A model generated the notes under the pieces. The model did no database searches and was not told the DNA's origin. It saw only the letters and a list, made by a program, of their open reading frames with translations. A stretch of DNA of 60,069 nt, counting the filler, from Asterionella formosa (lineage: Eukaryota): the NCBI GenBank assembly GCA_002256025.1. It is 9 parts of 9 records of this genome, joined end to end, with 100 filler letters (N's around TTAATTAATTAA, not from the genome) between each part and the next. Parts side by side here need not be neighbours in the genome. Positions count along the whole stretch, not along the records: positions 20,091 to 26,677 come from NKIB01012665.1; positions 26,778 to 33,361 come from NKIB01012666.1; positions 33,462 to 40,045 come from NKIB01012667.1; 6 more parts are not named here. One strand, given 5' to 3'. The position numbers and the translations under genes are program-made. Positions 25,448 through 37,046 of the stretch are shown one piece after another. How positions within the stretch are numbered: the stretch's first letter is position 1; each line of letters starts with the position of its first letter.

Positions 25448-26369
25448 TTATTCCTCCGCCTCGGCCTCTTTCATGTATTTTTCTACTGTCCAGCGAAAGA
25501 CAGGGTTGGATTTGGCGTCTTGCAACATCTTATTGAATTCATCGGAGTGCAACCCGTGCTTCTTAACAATTTCTTCTGCTTGTAAAGGAAAGGCCTCAAC
25601 GACGGCTCGAACTCTAGGGTTCAAAAACGGAAGGACAGCTGGGTCGCTAAGATTGACGCCTTGGGGAAGCTTATCGACGCGAAGCCTTCTAGTCAACTTT
25701 GCCATTTGCTCGCCTCTGAGAGCTTCAATTTCTTGGATAGATTCACAAAACATTTGAACCCGCTGACGCCGAGTAGCTTTGAGGAGCGACTCCGAAGCCG
25801 GATCTTCAATAATCGGAATGCGGTTCATTTCTACGGCGGCAGCCATGCGGTAAAGGTAAGCTTGCTCCATAACCTGACATATTTTGTTAGACTTAAATGA
25901 TTCTGACCAAAGCAAAGTAAGCCTCGACGTATTGATGGATACTTACTTTGTCTTTGAGATTAGGATCTTGGTTCACTTGACGTCCAAGCTGGTTGAATTG
26001 ACTGACCGACATTCCAAGCGCCTCTACAATCTTGCTTGAGTTTAAAACGTATTCAGCATTCGCTCGTTTCTCGTCTTCTGTTTCAGTCTCCTTCTTGCCA
26101 AACTTGGGTTTTCGACCGACTGCTTTCTCTTTCATTTTGCGCAAGCCCTCCGTCGCGGCCAAACAGGCGGCATATCTATCATACTGAGAATCTTCCGGAC
26201 CAAACAAGGTTGGCATAAGTTCTGGCCCCTTGCCGGCGATAAGTGGGATTTCAGTCATGAATTCCGCTCCACCTCTGGTTTGATGCAGCCATCGAAAAGA
26301 ATATGGTATTACCATCGGGGAGGCTTGTGATGATCCCAGTAGAACCAGGAAAGCGAAGCGACGGATCAT
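25448..26369 (-). CDS. Signal-peptide protein with two DUF4168-like helical repeats; intron 25874-25946
   Basis: Hydrophobic N-terminus followed by TRGG; IVEALGMSVSQFNQLG...DPNLK and IVKKHGLHSDEFNKML...NPVFR. GTAAGT...CTAAC...CAG intron joins KDK|VMEQ. Confidence 0.75.
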
Positions 26370-26777
26370 TCTATCGGTCCATAAAGTTGGTATTAATTTT
26401 GATGTGTTGCTTTGTTAGTGGCCAAATTCTTGAGGACTGCTTCCAAAATGTGCGTCTGTTTTAGGATCGTCGACTAGGTAGCAGGTACCTGGTAGAGTAC
26501 CCGGTAGCAGCACTGGCATCGGTAGTCTAACTGTTACCTGCTAACCAGGTATTGTATTGTTAAAGTGAGCTCATCTACGTACCGGTCGGTACTTTGGACT
26601 CCGAGTCAAACGATTCGAATGAGTCAACTTTGATATACCAAGCTCTCATCAACCACATTTCATTGTCCTGGACCCCCNNNNNNNNNNNNNNNNNNNNNNN
26701 NNNNNNNNNNNNNNNNNNNNNTTAATTAATTAANNNNNNNNNNNNNNNNNNNNNNNNNNNNNNNNNNNNNNNNNNNN

Positions 26778-27010
26778 TTCCAATGTCAGGTCCGAAAATT
26801 CTCTTGGCAATCTTGATATCATTGGTTATCACTGGATTGGTTTTGATCGTATCCATGCGAATTATTGCCTTGAAACTGTTAATCGGTTGATGGCATGCAT
26901 GCCCAAGGCATGAAATAGATCACGAGCTCGCTTGGCTCTCTCAACTTGACGTTCAGTGTAGAATGTTTTGTTTTCTTCAACTATTTTTAACATTAGAGCA
27001 TTCTCAACCT
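26778..27010 (-). mobile_element. Ty1/Copia (CoDi-type) pre-integrase fragment
   Basis: VEENKTFYTERQVERAKRARDLFHALG, then after a frameshift FKAIIRMDTIKTNPV...IAKRIFGPDIG. Confidence 0.8.
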
Positions 27011-27883
27011 TAATGAACAATCTAAATTCTGTTTGAGTTTGAAATCTGCAGAATTGAGGTCTTACCAGGAGCAGCATATCTGAAGTTAGGAAATATACCT
27101 CGCCTCTTGTTTTATTTTATAACAAAGGCAAGATTTTAACTTGTTCATATTATATGGATCAAAAGCTAATTTTAGCTCCTTTTTTGAACATGTATATGTA
27201 GGTACAAAATGGCTATACCGGTAAGTTTCAGTCCGCATGAAGGTTGCGGCCCCGCAGTTACTAATTGCGAGGTCCGTTATTTCCCAAAAAGTTTTATGAT
27301 GTATGTCAATCCACACATCACGTACCAGTAAAAAAATAGTTAAAGGTAAAATTAGCTTTCACCATTACGACCACTTTGCATATGCTTAGATACTGTCATT
27401 GCTCGACTTAGGGGCATGATCTATATGCAGATAGTATGGTAAGGACCCCATTTCTGGAGAGAAGTGGCAGTTACGTATCATAGATTCGTAACTACCGCAA
27501 AAATAGTCAAAAAAGGGGCTACAAAGCTTTTCAAAAAATCTACGATACATAACTGCTACTTCTCTCCAGAAGTTAACTCCTGACGTTATAGGGTATACGG
27601 CTATCTATTATAATCGTCATGAAACCCCGTAGATGTAGAGCAATCCCCTTCCAAAAAGTCGACCCGATCGGCTTTTTCAACAGTAGCCAAAATACTGGAA
27701 TCGGAGTTTGTACGTGCGAAAACGTTCTTGTAAACATAGGAGTCTTGCATAGGTATATTTGACTGTATAATTCTCTGTCCAAAAAGACTCCATGGTAAGT
27801 TCCCGCATCACTTAACATATTCTGATTGGTTGAATTGAATTTACTCGCCTGCTCCATACTGGTCTTGTAAAATTACGCCAGCC

Positions 27884-28862
27884 TCACTTGAACCATATAC
27901 CGGTATTAGACTCATCTGTAAAATCAGGATTACCAGTAGTTTCATGTACAAGTTCAACACGAGGAGCTGCTTGCATTTTGCTGTTGTTGTATTGACATCG
28001 TGCATTTGTCCTTCTCAAATGATCGGCATGTCCGCAATGTTTGCATTTCTTGGGAGCGGGAGATTGCACATCCAGAGTTAGACATACCTCTTCGTTCATT
28101 GCCTCTCTCATTGATTTTTCTGTTGCAACTACTTCAGCTTCGCCTACTCGTTGCTCCAGATTATTAAACCTTCCCTTCCTGTTCCAGTAGCCGATTAGCA
28201 AAGGTAAGGAAAGGGACGAGCATATTATATCAGCGTCAACCGGACTCATTCCTGCTTCGTGACAACCAAGAACAAACATGTTATTGATTTCAAAGTGTTC
28301 TGATTGATTGCCTTTCTCATAATTTCCTTCTTTGTTTTTGCAAATTACAGGTTCAATATACTTTCTTTCATCACATTGCGCACAGGCAGGTAATTGAAAT
28401 TCGGCTAGCAATGCCAAGAAATGGACTAACATTGTCGGCAACAATCAGCCTTGTTATCTGTGAAGGAGATTCCGATGACTCTGTGCTGTCAATGAAACTA
28501 TCATGGCTTTCAACGAATTGATTGTATTTATCTTCTATTGATCTTTTTACTTGACATTTTTGGATAAGGAATGTTTGTAAATCTGCCATTCCTTGTTTGT
28601 ATGCAATATTATACGCTTGCAATCTCAACTTTTCACTGCATTTACTACAGCTACTGTTGCTCTCTATAAACTGCTGCAATGATTCTGCAGACACTAAACG
28701 ATGTCCGCTCAGATTCATTACGGGTGGTGTGATTTCTGTTGTATCTGAAATTTTCTTCGTTTCGTCAAACCAAATGGTTTCATCAGGCGCCTCTTTGCGT
28801 GTGCGCCGTCCTTTGCCACCATTTGCAATCAAGGAACGGAGACGGGTACCTGAACCTTTCAT
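27884..28862 (-). pseudogene. Frameshifted N-terminal part of a Kolobok / 'Mutator-like' transposase
   Basis: GHRLVS...CSKC, GIASRISITC, then FEINNMFVLGCHEAG...ICSSLSLP...SMREAMNEE in the next frame; no intact catalytic core is visible. Confidence 0.7.
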
Positions 28863-29052
28863 ATTTCTGAAACTAGTAATGATGTTATAAATTTTCTTTA
28901 ATTTTTTAATGCCAACGATTGTTGAAAGGTTTGAATATTTATTGATGGTTTTTAATGTTATAAAGGCTGAGAATATTTTCAGCAATGCGATGACAATGAC
29001 TAGCAAGTTCAAATATAAACAAACTTATAAAATTAATAGATGACACTAACAG

Positions 29053-29450
29053 TCATTTGCTACTATGCTTAAACGTTTTAGATACTGGTTGGAAACCAGT
29101 GTAGTCTTCTTTGTGATCCTTATTCTTGAGAAGCGAACGAACCCCCTTCAGGCAACAATCTTGAAGTTCCTTACGGATGCCTTTCCCAAGTGAGCCACAG
29201 AATGTCTTGACCAGAAACTTGTATATAAGGTTTCTTCCTTGGCCCGGCGGGATAACATCTTCGTCAAGTCGAAGCTGAACCAAGTCTGCTTCCATGTATT
29301 GTTCAACTAACTCTTCCATCTCGTCCCATCGACATTGACACTCTGGGCATGCAAAGTCACGCACAGCATTCGTAGAAGATGCGATTCCCACAGCCTGCAA
29401 CTTCAGATTTGACAATGTCACGATCAATACAAGTGGGGCACGGAACATGA
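29053..29450 (-). CDS. P2X7 cytoplasmic-ballast-like (KolX-like) accessory ORF; 5' end uncertain
   Basis: CPECQC...RNLIYKFLVKTFCGSLGKGIRKELQDCCLKGVRSLL...YTGF resembles the R..AY......G.LG.G.R...P.C....IR......YTGF motif. Confidence 0.7.
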
Positions 29451-30721
29451 TTGTATTGATGACTACCAGTACATGCTCGAGGTATAATATATAGTGGCTA
29501 GTATATACATGTGCTCTGGTGGGGAGTAAAATTATATCTACATTGAGCAAGGTAGATATAACATAAACGTCTTCATTCGTTTTGAAATGGAACTCTATCA
29601 ATGTGGCGCCATTTTCTACTTAGTTTAAATATTCAGGGAGATACTTGCATCCTTGGGAATACACAGAAAAAATTCCCTGTTCCACACCGTTTTTACAACC
29701 CTATCGATTTTTTCTCCAAACTAGGGTTAAGCCCAGGGCCGCAACCTTAAACTAGTATTTTGATTGGTATGCATGTATACCGGCATACCCGGTAGTATTT
29801 GATTACATACTTTACATATTATTAGTCTACTCCGTACGAGGTTATCTATCTGTCCAATATAACTTGCAAAGATTATGGGAACACTCAGTGCCAAGCAGCT
29901 TATTTTAGGATGAATTACGTAGACTACATACCATCTTTCTACATGAGGGTCGGCTTACTCGAAAAATGCCTTTTTATCAGTTATTTAGACGTGAGTATAA
30001 ACTTGCAATCACTCAAGAAATTATTAGCATTTAAATAAACTAATCGAAACCAATTTAACATACATGTATTCATTGAGTACGTCTACATTTCATCGCCAAA
30101 TGTTGTTTTACATTGGCCAGCCACTCAAATATTTGCAGGAAATGGAATAGCGCAACTATGATATTTATAATATGAAGAGAATAACAGTTTTTCCATACAC
30201 TCTCTACGGTTGTTTCATTTACATTGACCATACAGCTGTATATTTAATGGTTCCAATGATCAAAACGAGCAAATCATCATTATCTTCCTTCGCATCGCTC
30301 ATCACCACTTTCGTGACCTCTTTCGTGGTTGCACAATCCACAATTAAAGTCAAGTTGCCGTTGTTCTACTGTTATGACCTACTTCTAATGAATGTTGAGA
30401 ATATTATGTGGTTCGGAGAAAAATGGGTCCTCATACATCCGCATTTTTCTCGAGATGGCCAGTAGGGAAAATCGAAAAGCCCAAAAAGAATTTTTTTTGA
30501 TACATAGTTGACAATTTTAATTTTTCTCTCTCTATATATATAATATACAATATATCTGTAGCTTAGGCCAAGCCACACAATAAGAATGCAATTAACCCGG
30601 GGAAAATCGTAAGAGTCTAACTTGCCCAGGATAAACTTTGAGAATCGATGCAACTTTTAATAAGAGCTCCGAAATCCATTACCAACATACTAGAAAAGGG
30701 TTTAGATAGGTAGCAAAGCAT

Positions 30722-31248
30722 TCATTGAAGTTGACGTTGAAAACTCTCGTTTGGTAAACAATCACCTAGCCACAAAACCATCGCTTCATCAAAACTATCA
30801 TAGGATTGATCTTCTGGTTGTACCTCCACATTTAACCATTTCGATAAGGCAATGTCGGTCAAACACCTTTTAAAATAGTAGGAAAAGGTATCTTCAGGGG
30901 TAAAGCACATGTGTTAGCCATGTCACGAAATTGACTCACCCCAATCCACAATGCTTCCACAAAGCTTCCATCAATAATATCTTGATCGAACGATTCAAGC
31001 CTTCCACCGGTTAGAGCAACTCGAAATGTCTTAGTCTTGATGGTCGATTGATTGTAATCTTTGATCAAAATAATGACAGAAACCCTTGTTGAATACATTA
31101 CCATGTTTGTTCTATTCTAATTGGACTCTTTTTGAATTCAAAGTGAAGTATCTAACTAGAAGTAGTAGTATTTGTTGAATATATGAGCTTACTGGTTGAT
31201 CTTAATGTACAACTTGTTCTCTTAACTGACACCAAAGTATGCAATAGG
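30722..31248 (-). mobile_element. Gypsy 5' LTR remnant (31144-31248) followed by a decayed gag N-terminus
   Basis: The LTR end matches 16107 onward. ATG at 31104, then gag-like helical peptides (FSYYFKRCLTDIALSKW...SFDEAM..WL...NESFQRQL). Confidence 0.7.
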
Positions 31249-31820
31249 TTTTGGATCTGTTCTTATCATTCTGTCACTGGTCGTCATTGGTGTATCATCG
31301 CCGCAGTAAGATCCAAAAATGGTGGTTTGTATCATATTTTTGTATCACCAACGGTTTTTTTGGTCTGATCACCGATACTGGGAGACTCGTCAACATGTTG
31401 TTGTCAACACATTGAACATGTTGATGATTGGCTATTTCTCCATCAAAATGGCAAACGAGTCGCTGTGCCTTTGCGGTCAAAAAATATCTTTGTAAAAACG
31501 ATGCAATAGAAAAAGAAATATAGATACAATAGTATCTTTAAAATTGAATAAGAAATTACGAATCTACAATGTAGAAGAACATTCGTCAATTTCTAGGAAT
31601 GCTAAGCAATAGAACTATTGATTTGTTACAGCAACGAATAAAGCTATGACTGCTAATACGACTACAACAATACTATCATATGACAAAAGTGCTTTCAAAA
31701 GTGGTGTGAGGCTAGACTTTGAAATATAGACGCCATTGGATCAATCGATTGCACCAGTGGTGTTTTCATGTTGCACTGTGTTGCTGATGTTGATTTTCCC
31801 ATCCACAAAATAAATTATAT

Positions 31821-31970
31821 AGTTGGCGCTAGCGTGTGTACAGTTATTTTGTCAGTGGCAATGGACGTGATACATAGCGATCAACAGCTGTATCACTGAT
31901 AAAAAGTTGGCGCTAGCGTGTTTACAGTTATTTTGTCAGTGGCAATGGACGTGATACATAGCGATCAACA
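31821..31970 (+). repeat. 66-bp direct repeat, period 84
   Basis: 31821-31886 and 31905-31970 differ at one base. Confidence 0.9.
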
Positions 31971-32544
31971 ACGGCTGGTGTATTACTTATACTACAGCCA
32001 GCATTGGTCAGGAGTCCTAAAACTGTATCAGTGATACACCCATGAAACACTAGGGTACTGGTACCAGTAGCATTTACACACAGGCTTTGTTACATGATAT
32101 GAAATTTGTTATTATATTCCGGTTATTTTTATTTAGGCTATGCATATGCAGCCATATTACTGCTCAGATATATTTAGATGTTCGTAGCTGGCCTGTCACT
32201 GCTAACAATCCCTGTTACTCCATGATACACTGTGATACAAACTATAGTTAGGGTCGTTCTTATCATTTTTTTTCGTGTATCACGGAATTTGAATTTTTTT
32301 GAAAATGTATCAGCAACGGTAACTCGATTTGAACTGAATTTCATTCATTCCAAAAGTGTCACTGTATCACTAATTTGTGATCACATTGTATCATGGAGTA
32401 AAATGAATCTTCAACGGCAACTGGCTGGCGAAGATCATGTGTATATCCCTCCGGAATATAATGATGGTCTTGATATCAAGCAACAACAAAATATAATTAC
32501 CGGGAAACTAAATATAATATTAAAAACACACATTTGCATGAATC

Positions 32545-33361
32545 ATGTCGTCGCCATTTGATTTACTTGATGATAATGACGATGACAGTAGTGATCTTGA
32601 TTTCTTCTTCCTCTGTCATTTAGCTAAGGAAGCAGAGGAAAAAGAACACTCATCCAAACGACAAAGGCGACGCTGTAAACGGCAGCTTCAGTCATCTGAA
32701 CGACGACGACAACGAAGGCACAAGTGGCACCACGAAAGAATCTCCTGGCAATCACATGTCGAGAAACTCAATCACGAGATTGCTTTCGAGAAGACATACA
32801 GAATGTCACACAGAGCATTCAAAAAACTCACCTCCATGCTGGAAATTCAGATTGCAGGGAATTATTCCAAATGTGGCACTTCTGAGCCCATAATTCCCGA
32901 AATTGTGGTAGCCATTGGTTTGCGATGGCTGGCTGGTGGCAGTTACATCGACATTCGTCATGCCTACGGTTGTAGCATTGCTTCACTTTATCGATGTCGT
33001 GATTTGTTCATTGATGCTGTACTAAACTGTGGAGAACTCGAAATTGTTTTTCCAAAAGAAAAAGAAGAATTTATCAAATTGGCTTCCAGCTTTGAATGCA
33101 AAAGCTCAGAGGGCATGATGAGAGGATGTGTTGGTGCTATTGACGGCTTCCTAGCCACCATCAACCGCCCGACTATAGTTGAAAGTGGCAACAACCCTGG
33201 TTCATTTTTTTCCGGTCACTACATGACTTATGGAATCAATGTCCAGGCTGTTTGTGATGCTGACTCAAGATTTATTTATTTTGGTGTAATTGCACCGGGA
33301 AAATGCAGTGACCAAGTAGCTTTTGAACGAACTTCCATTTTCGATCGAGTTGCAGCATTCA
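32545..33361 (+). mobile_element. PIF/Harbinger (HARBI1-like, DDE_Tnp_4) transposase, 3' end cut by contig end
   Basis: FEKTYRMS..AF..L, LRWLAGGSY.DI, GCVGAIDG, GINVQAVCD...RF, APGKCSD. Confidence 0.92.
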
Positions 33362-33494
33362 NNNNNNNNNNNNNNNNNNNNNNNNNNNNNNNNNNNNNNN
33401 NNNNNTTAATTAATTAANNNNNNNNNNNNNNNNNNNNNNNNNNNNNNNNNNNNNNNNNNNNTCTGTCTCACTGCTTGTGCGAGAAGGAATTACC

Positions 33495-35159
33495 ATGGTG
33501 GTCCTTGCTTCCAATTCAAGTCCCACGAGCCGACGAAAGCGACCGTGGACAGTGCTCGCTTTGCTGGTTCTCCCCTCAGCTGCTCTTACAACTCCGGTCC
33601 ATGATAGAACTTCTGATGGAAGTGCCTTGCATCCTGAACAACACGCAGCAGCAGAACCAGAGCAGCAGCAGCAGCGACTGACTTCACCAGAACGACTGCC
33701 CCCGGTTCGGAAGCAACAGCTCTCGCCCGAGTCCTACACAAGGACCGCAACTTCGACAAGCAAGCAGGAGTCTGTTGAGGACAAGAAATACCAAGACTTT
33801 TTGCTGTGGTGCCATCAACTCTTGGGCATTGACACATTGCTGCAAGTCCAATCCTTTACCTATCCAAACTACATGCAAGCACACTATGTCAACCATTGGG
33901 CCCTGCTAGAAGAAGCGGACGAAGACGAAGTCGCAGTGGAACAGCTGGAACGCATTTCGGTGCGGGGATTGGCAGCCAAGCGAGATATTGCCATTGGTGA
34001 AGTTGTTATTTCAATACCTTTGCATGCTATTATTTCGGTACCAACCACGATTGACCATGATCCGGTGCTTTCCAGAGTCATGGGAAAGAAGGAACGAGAT
34101 CGCTTTGGCTGGAACGACGAATATTTTCAATTGCCATTGTTGACGGTAGCCATCCTACATCATGTGCATACACTGGGACCGCAATCTCCCATATCACGCT
34201 ATATCCAAATATTGACGTCGACTGCCATGGATCACATGCCCATCTTGTGGAATCGGACTAGGTTAAAACAAGAAACGACAGAGGGAGTGTACACTATTGC
34301 CCGCGGAATTCAGAAGGATATCGAGGAGATGTACGATGCTGTAGTTCCCATCTTATTACGAGAGCACCCAACAGTATTTACTGCATCTGTATTGACACTG
34401 CAAGAATTTACTTGGGCTTTTGCTTTGGTCAATTCACGACATTGGCATTTACCAGTTCCGGAAGACATGGTTCCTGTAAAAAATCAGCATCGACAAGATG
34501 AATTTATTACAGCAGTGCGGAACAACGAAGAGACTCATTTATCTCCACCTGCGAACAAGCCAACCGAAGAATGGGTATCGAACAATCAACATGGAAACGA
34601 TGATGCTGTCATGAACACCTCGATTACTAGTAAATCGCCAGGCCACTCCTTCTTGGCTCCATTGGCAGACTTGTTGAATTTTGGACCACCATGTACGAGG
34701 GGGAAATATTCCGCTGATGCATTTGAACTTGTAGCAACGTGTAACTACCAAAAGGGCCAGGAAGTTACATTTTGGTATTCAGATGATTGCGACGATGTGA
34801 TGATTGCCAATTATGGATTTTCGCATCCCATAATACCTTCCTGTATGATTCGAGACAAAAAGTCGAGTCGTTACAAGGAACGAATTCAAGCTTTGGAATT
34901 GGAAGTTGATCATGCCTACGATGATCTCGAAAAGTTGGATCGTGAATTGGAACGCGTGGAAAAATTGTTGAAACAATGTCATTGTGAGGAAGATCATCAT
35001 GAAACGATGACATCTTCCAGGAAGCGAGCTGTGGCCACCACAAAATTGCGTCAGGAAGCGAGAAGTATAACTGCTACCATTAGTAGTAAGGAGGAGGAAG
35101 ACGGTCAACGACATGGGGTTCGGCGTCCATGGCGATCTGATAAGAAATCGGATTTGTAA
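33495..35159 (+). CDS. SET-domain lysine methyltransferase (LSMT/SETD3/SETD6-like) with an N-terminal hydrophobic segment
   Basis: RGLAAKRDI..GEVVISIP, FTWAFALVNSR, LAPLADLLN, GQEVTFWY, NYGF; C-terminal coiled coil. Confidence 0.85.
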   Translation: MVVLASNSSPTSRRKRPWTVLALLVLPSAALTTPVHDRTSDGSALHPEQHAAAEPEQQQQRLTSPERLPPVRKQQLSPESYTRTATSTSKQESVEDKKYQDFLLWCHQLLGIDTLLQVQSFTYPNYMQAHYVNHWALLEEADEDEVAVEQLERISVRGLAAKRDIAIGEVVISIPLHAIISVPTTIDHDPVLSRVMGKKERDRFGWNDEYFQLPLLTVAILHHVHTLGPQSPISRYIQILTSTAMDHMPILWNRTRLKQETTEGVYTIARGIQKDIEEMYDAVVPILLREHPTVFTASVLTLQEFTWAFALVNSRHWHLPVPEDMVPVKNQHRQDEFITAVRNNEETHLSPPANKPTEEWVSNNQHGNDDAVMNTSITSKSPGHSFLAPLADLLNFGPPCTRGKYSADAFELVATCNYQKGQEVTFWYSDDCDDVMIANYGFSHPIIPSCMIRDKKSSRYKERIQALELEVDHAYDDLEKLDRELERVEKLLKQCHCEEDHHETMTSSRKRAVATTKLRQEARSITATISSKEEEDGQRHGVRRPWRSDKKSDL

Positions 35160-37046
35160 TTGTAGTTGAGTTTCGTTGAAGATCAGACGAGACAGTTGAT
35201 AATTTTTGCCGGTGTAGATTGATATTAAGTGTATGGATTACACGTCCACTCAATATTAGCACGAACAATTGTAGAGATGAAGCGAGCTTTGTATGAGAAC
35301 CGAAACGATTACAAGGAAATGGGTTGAAACAAGTTTCTATATTCCCACTTTGATCTAGTCATATGTGAATTTCTTTTGATGAATCTAAACTAGGATATGC
35401 AGCTCTTCTTTGCTGAACTACACCAACTTGAGATCCCCCAACAGAAGTCGTAAATATAAAATTGAGCAAGTGTGCCAATTGGAAAACCAGAATCGTGCGT
35501 AACAACAGGATCAAAAAGGGCTTGAAATGAAAATTAGTGCAATAGTATTCTTGCTGTGAATCATGCCAGCCATAATTAGAATGATCCAAACCTAGGAAAT
35601 ATAGGTCGTCCAGTCTTGAATACTCCAGGAAGGGTACCAGTTGCCATTCTTGTTAAATGCCTTCTGGGTAGTTTGGAGCAAAATTCGGCAACTAGAGCTC
35701 CTTCGTCATAGGATTGGCGCACTGCATCATCTTGCGCGAAAAAAGCATCATAAAATGGAGAGCCACCCATGAGGGTGATGCTTCGAATTCTAGAACTACG
35801 AGGCATACTCCTGCTGTTGCTGGAGTTTGAAAGTGAATGTTAGATTGAGCTTATTTGTTTTTATATTATGAGTTGCTCATGATTTTTTCTTTTTAAAATG
35901 ATTCTGCCGGTAGTCTAGTCTATCATCAGACTCCGAGCAGTACATCGCGTGCGCACTTACATATGTATGAAGGCTAGCGATGTTCCATCGAAGCCTCTAG
36001 AGGCCCAGAAGGCAGAATCCTTGTCATATGTTTATACCAGCTATCATGTACTCGTTTGGGATCATGGATCTATGTATGTTGTACTCCTATAGACTATGCT
36101 GCGTACCTGGTACTACGGTACTGATACCTGTAGCTGTATTCCTACCGGTACATTCTTTAACTTCCAGGTCCAGGAACACCATCATCGGAAAGAACAGTTT
36201 CGAATTTCCTGGATGATCGCCATGGTGGTACATACATGTATTATAGCGGCCATCTTTAGCAAAATGCAACTTACATGAGGCCCAATTTTTCTTCGAACCA
36301 TCTATTCTCTACATACATGCAAAGTAGGACATAACAGTAGCACTATGGTAACTTGCCTTCGATTCTTATGGAATGCGCAACTGCGAAAGTGGCGATGATG
36401 GGAAGGAAGAAAACAATGGTAGTACACTCATTTTGATGATTGGAACCATTATATGTCTGGTGGTTTGGTACATGTAATTGCAACAATTGTAGAATGTATT
36501 AGTATGAAACTTCATGCACTCTATTCATGTTGTAATTAACATAGTGACATGTTGTATTCGGTTTTCTGCAAAAATTTGAGTGGCTGGTACATGTAAAACA
36601 GCATATGGTGATATGTACATGTATGCTATTAAATTGGGTTTGATCCAGCAATAAATCATGGAGATAGATTGTCACTGCAGTCGAGTACCATTTTGTTTCC
36701 TCGTCTGATTTTCTATTTTAGCCATTTTGCAATTAATAGATAGAGGTATATCAATCTAAACATCATGGTCGACTAAATTCATAGCATGTAGTACGTACTT
36801 ACTAACGGTACTGGTGATTACCAGTAGCAATATTATGTTGCAAGGTTAGTGTATACGCAGTCAACTGAAAATCAAAACGTATGTAGGAATAGGTTCTATG
36901 CCTACCGGAATTTTTATTTGATACTATCCTGGGTATGTAGACATTTATTTCAGCCATAGCTATGTAGTAGAATATATGGAGGTTAGTGTACAGTGTACAG
37001 GTAAAAGCATAAAATTTTGCACGACACAGTCGAAATTAGCTAAACC

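Larger units (their letters stand above)
27242..29746 (-). mobile_element. Kolobok-like DNA transposon (2505 bp, defective)
   Basis: 11-bp TIRs GGTTGCGGCCC / GGGCCGCAACC, GG...CC termini, flanks TGAA (27238-27241) and TTAA (29747-29750); two internal ORFs. Confidence 0.78.

Noticed and set aside
35359..35806. Two short minus-strand ORFs as a gene
   Set aside because: No domain recognised and no convincing splice join.
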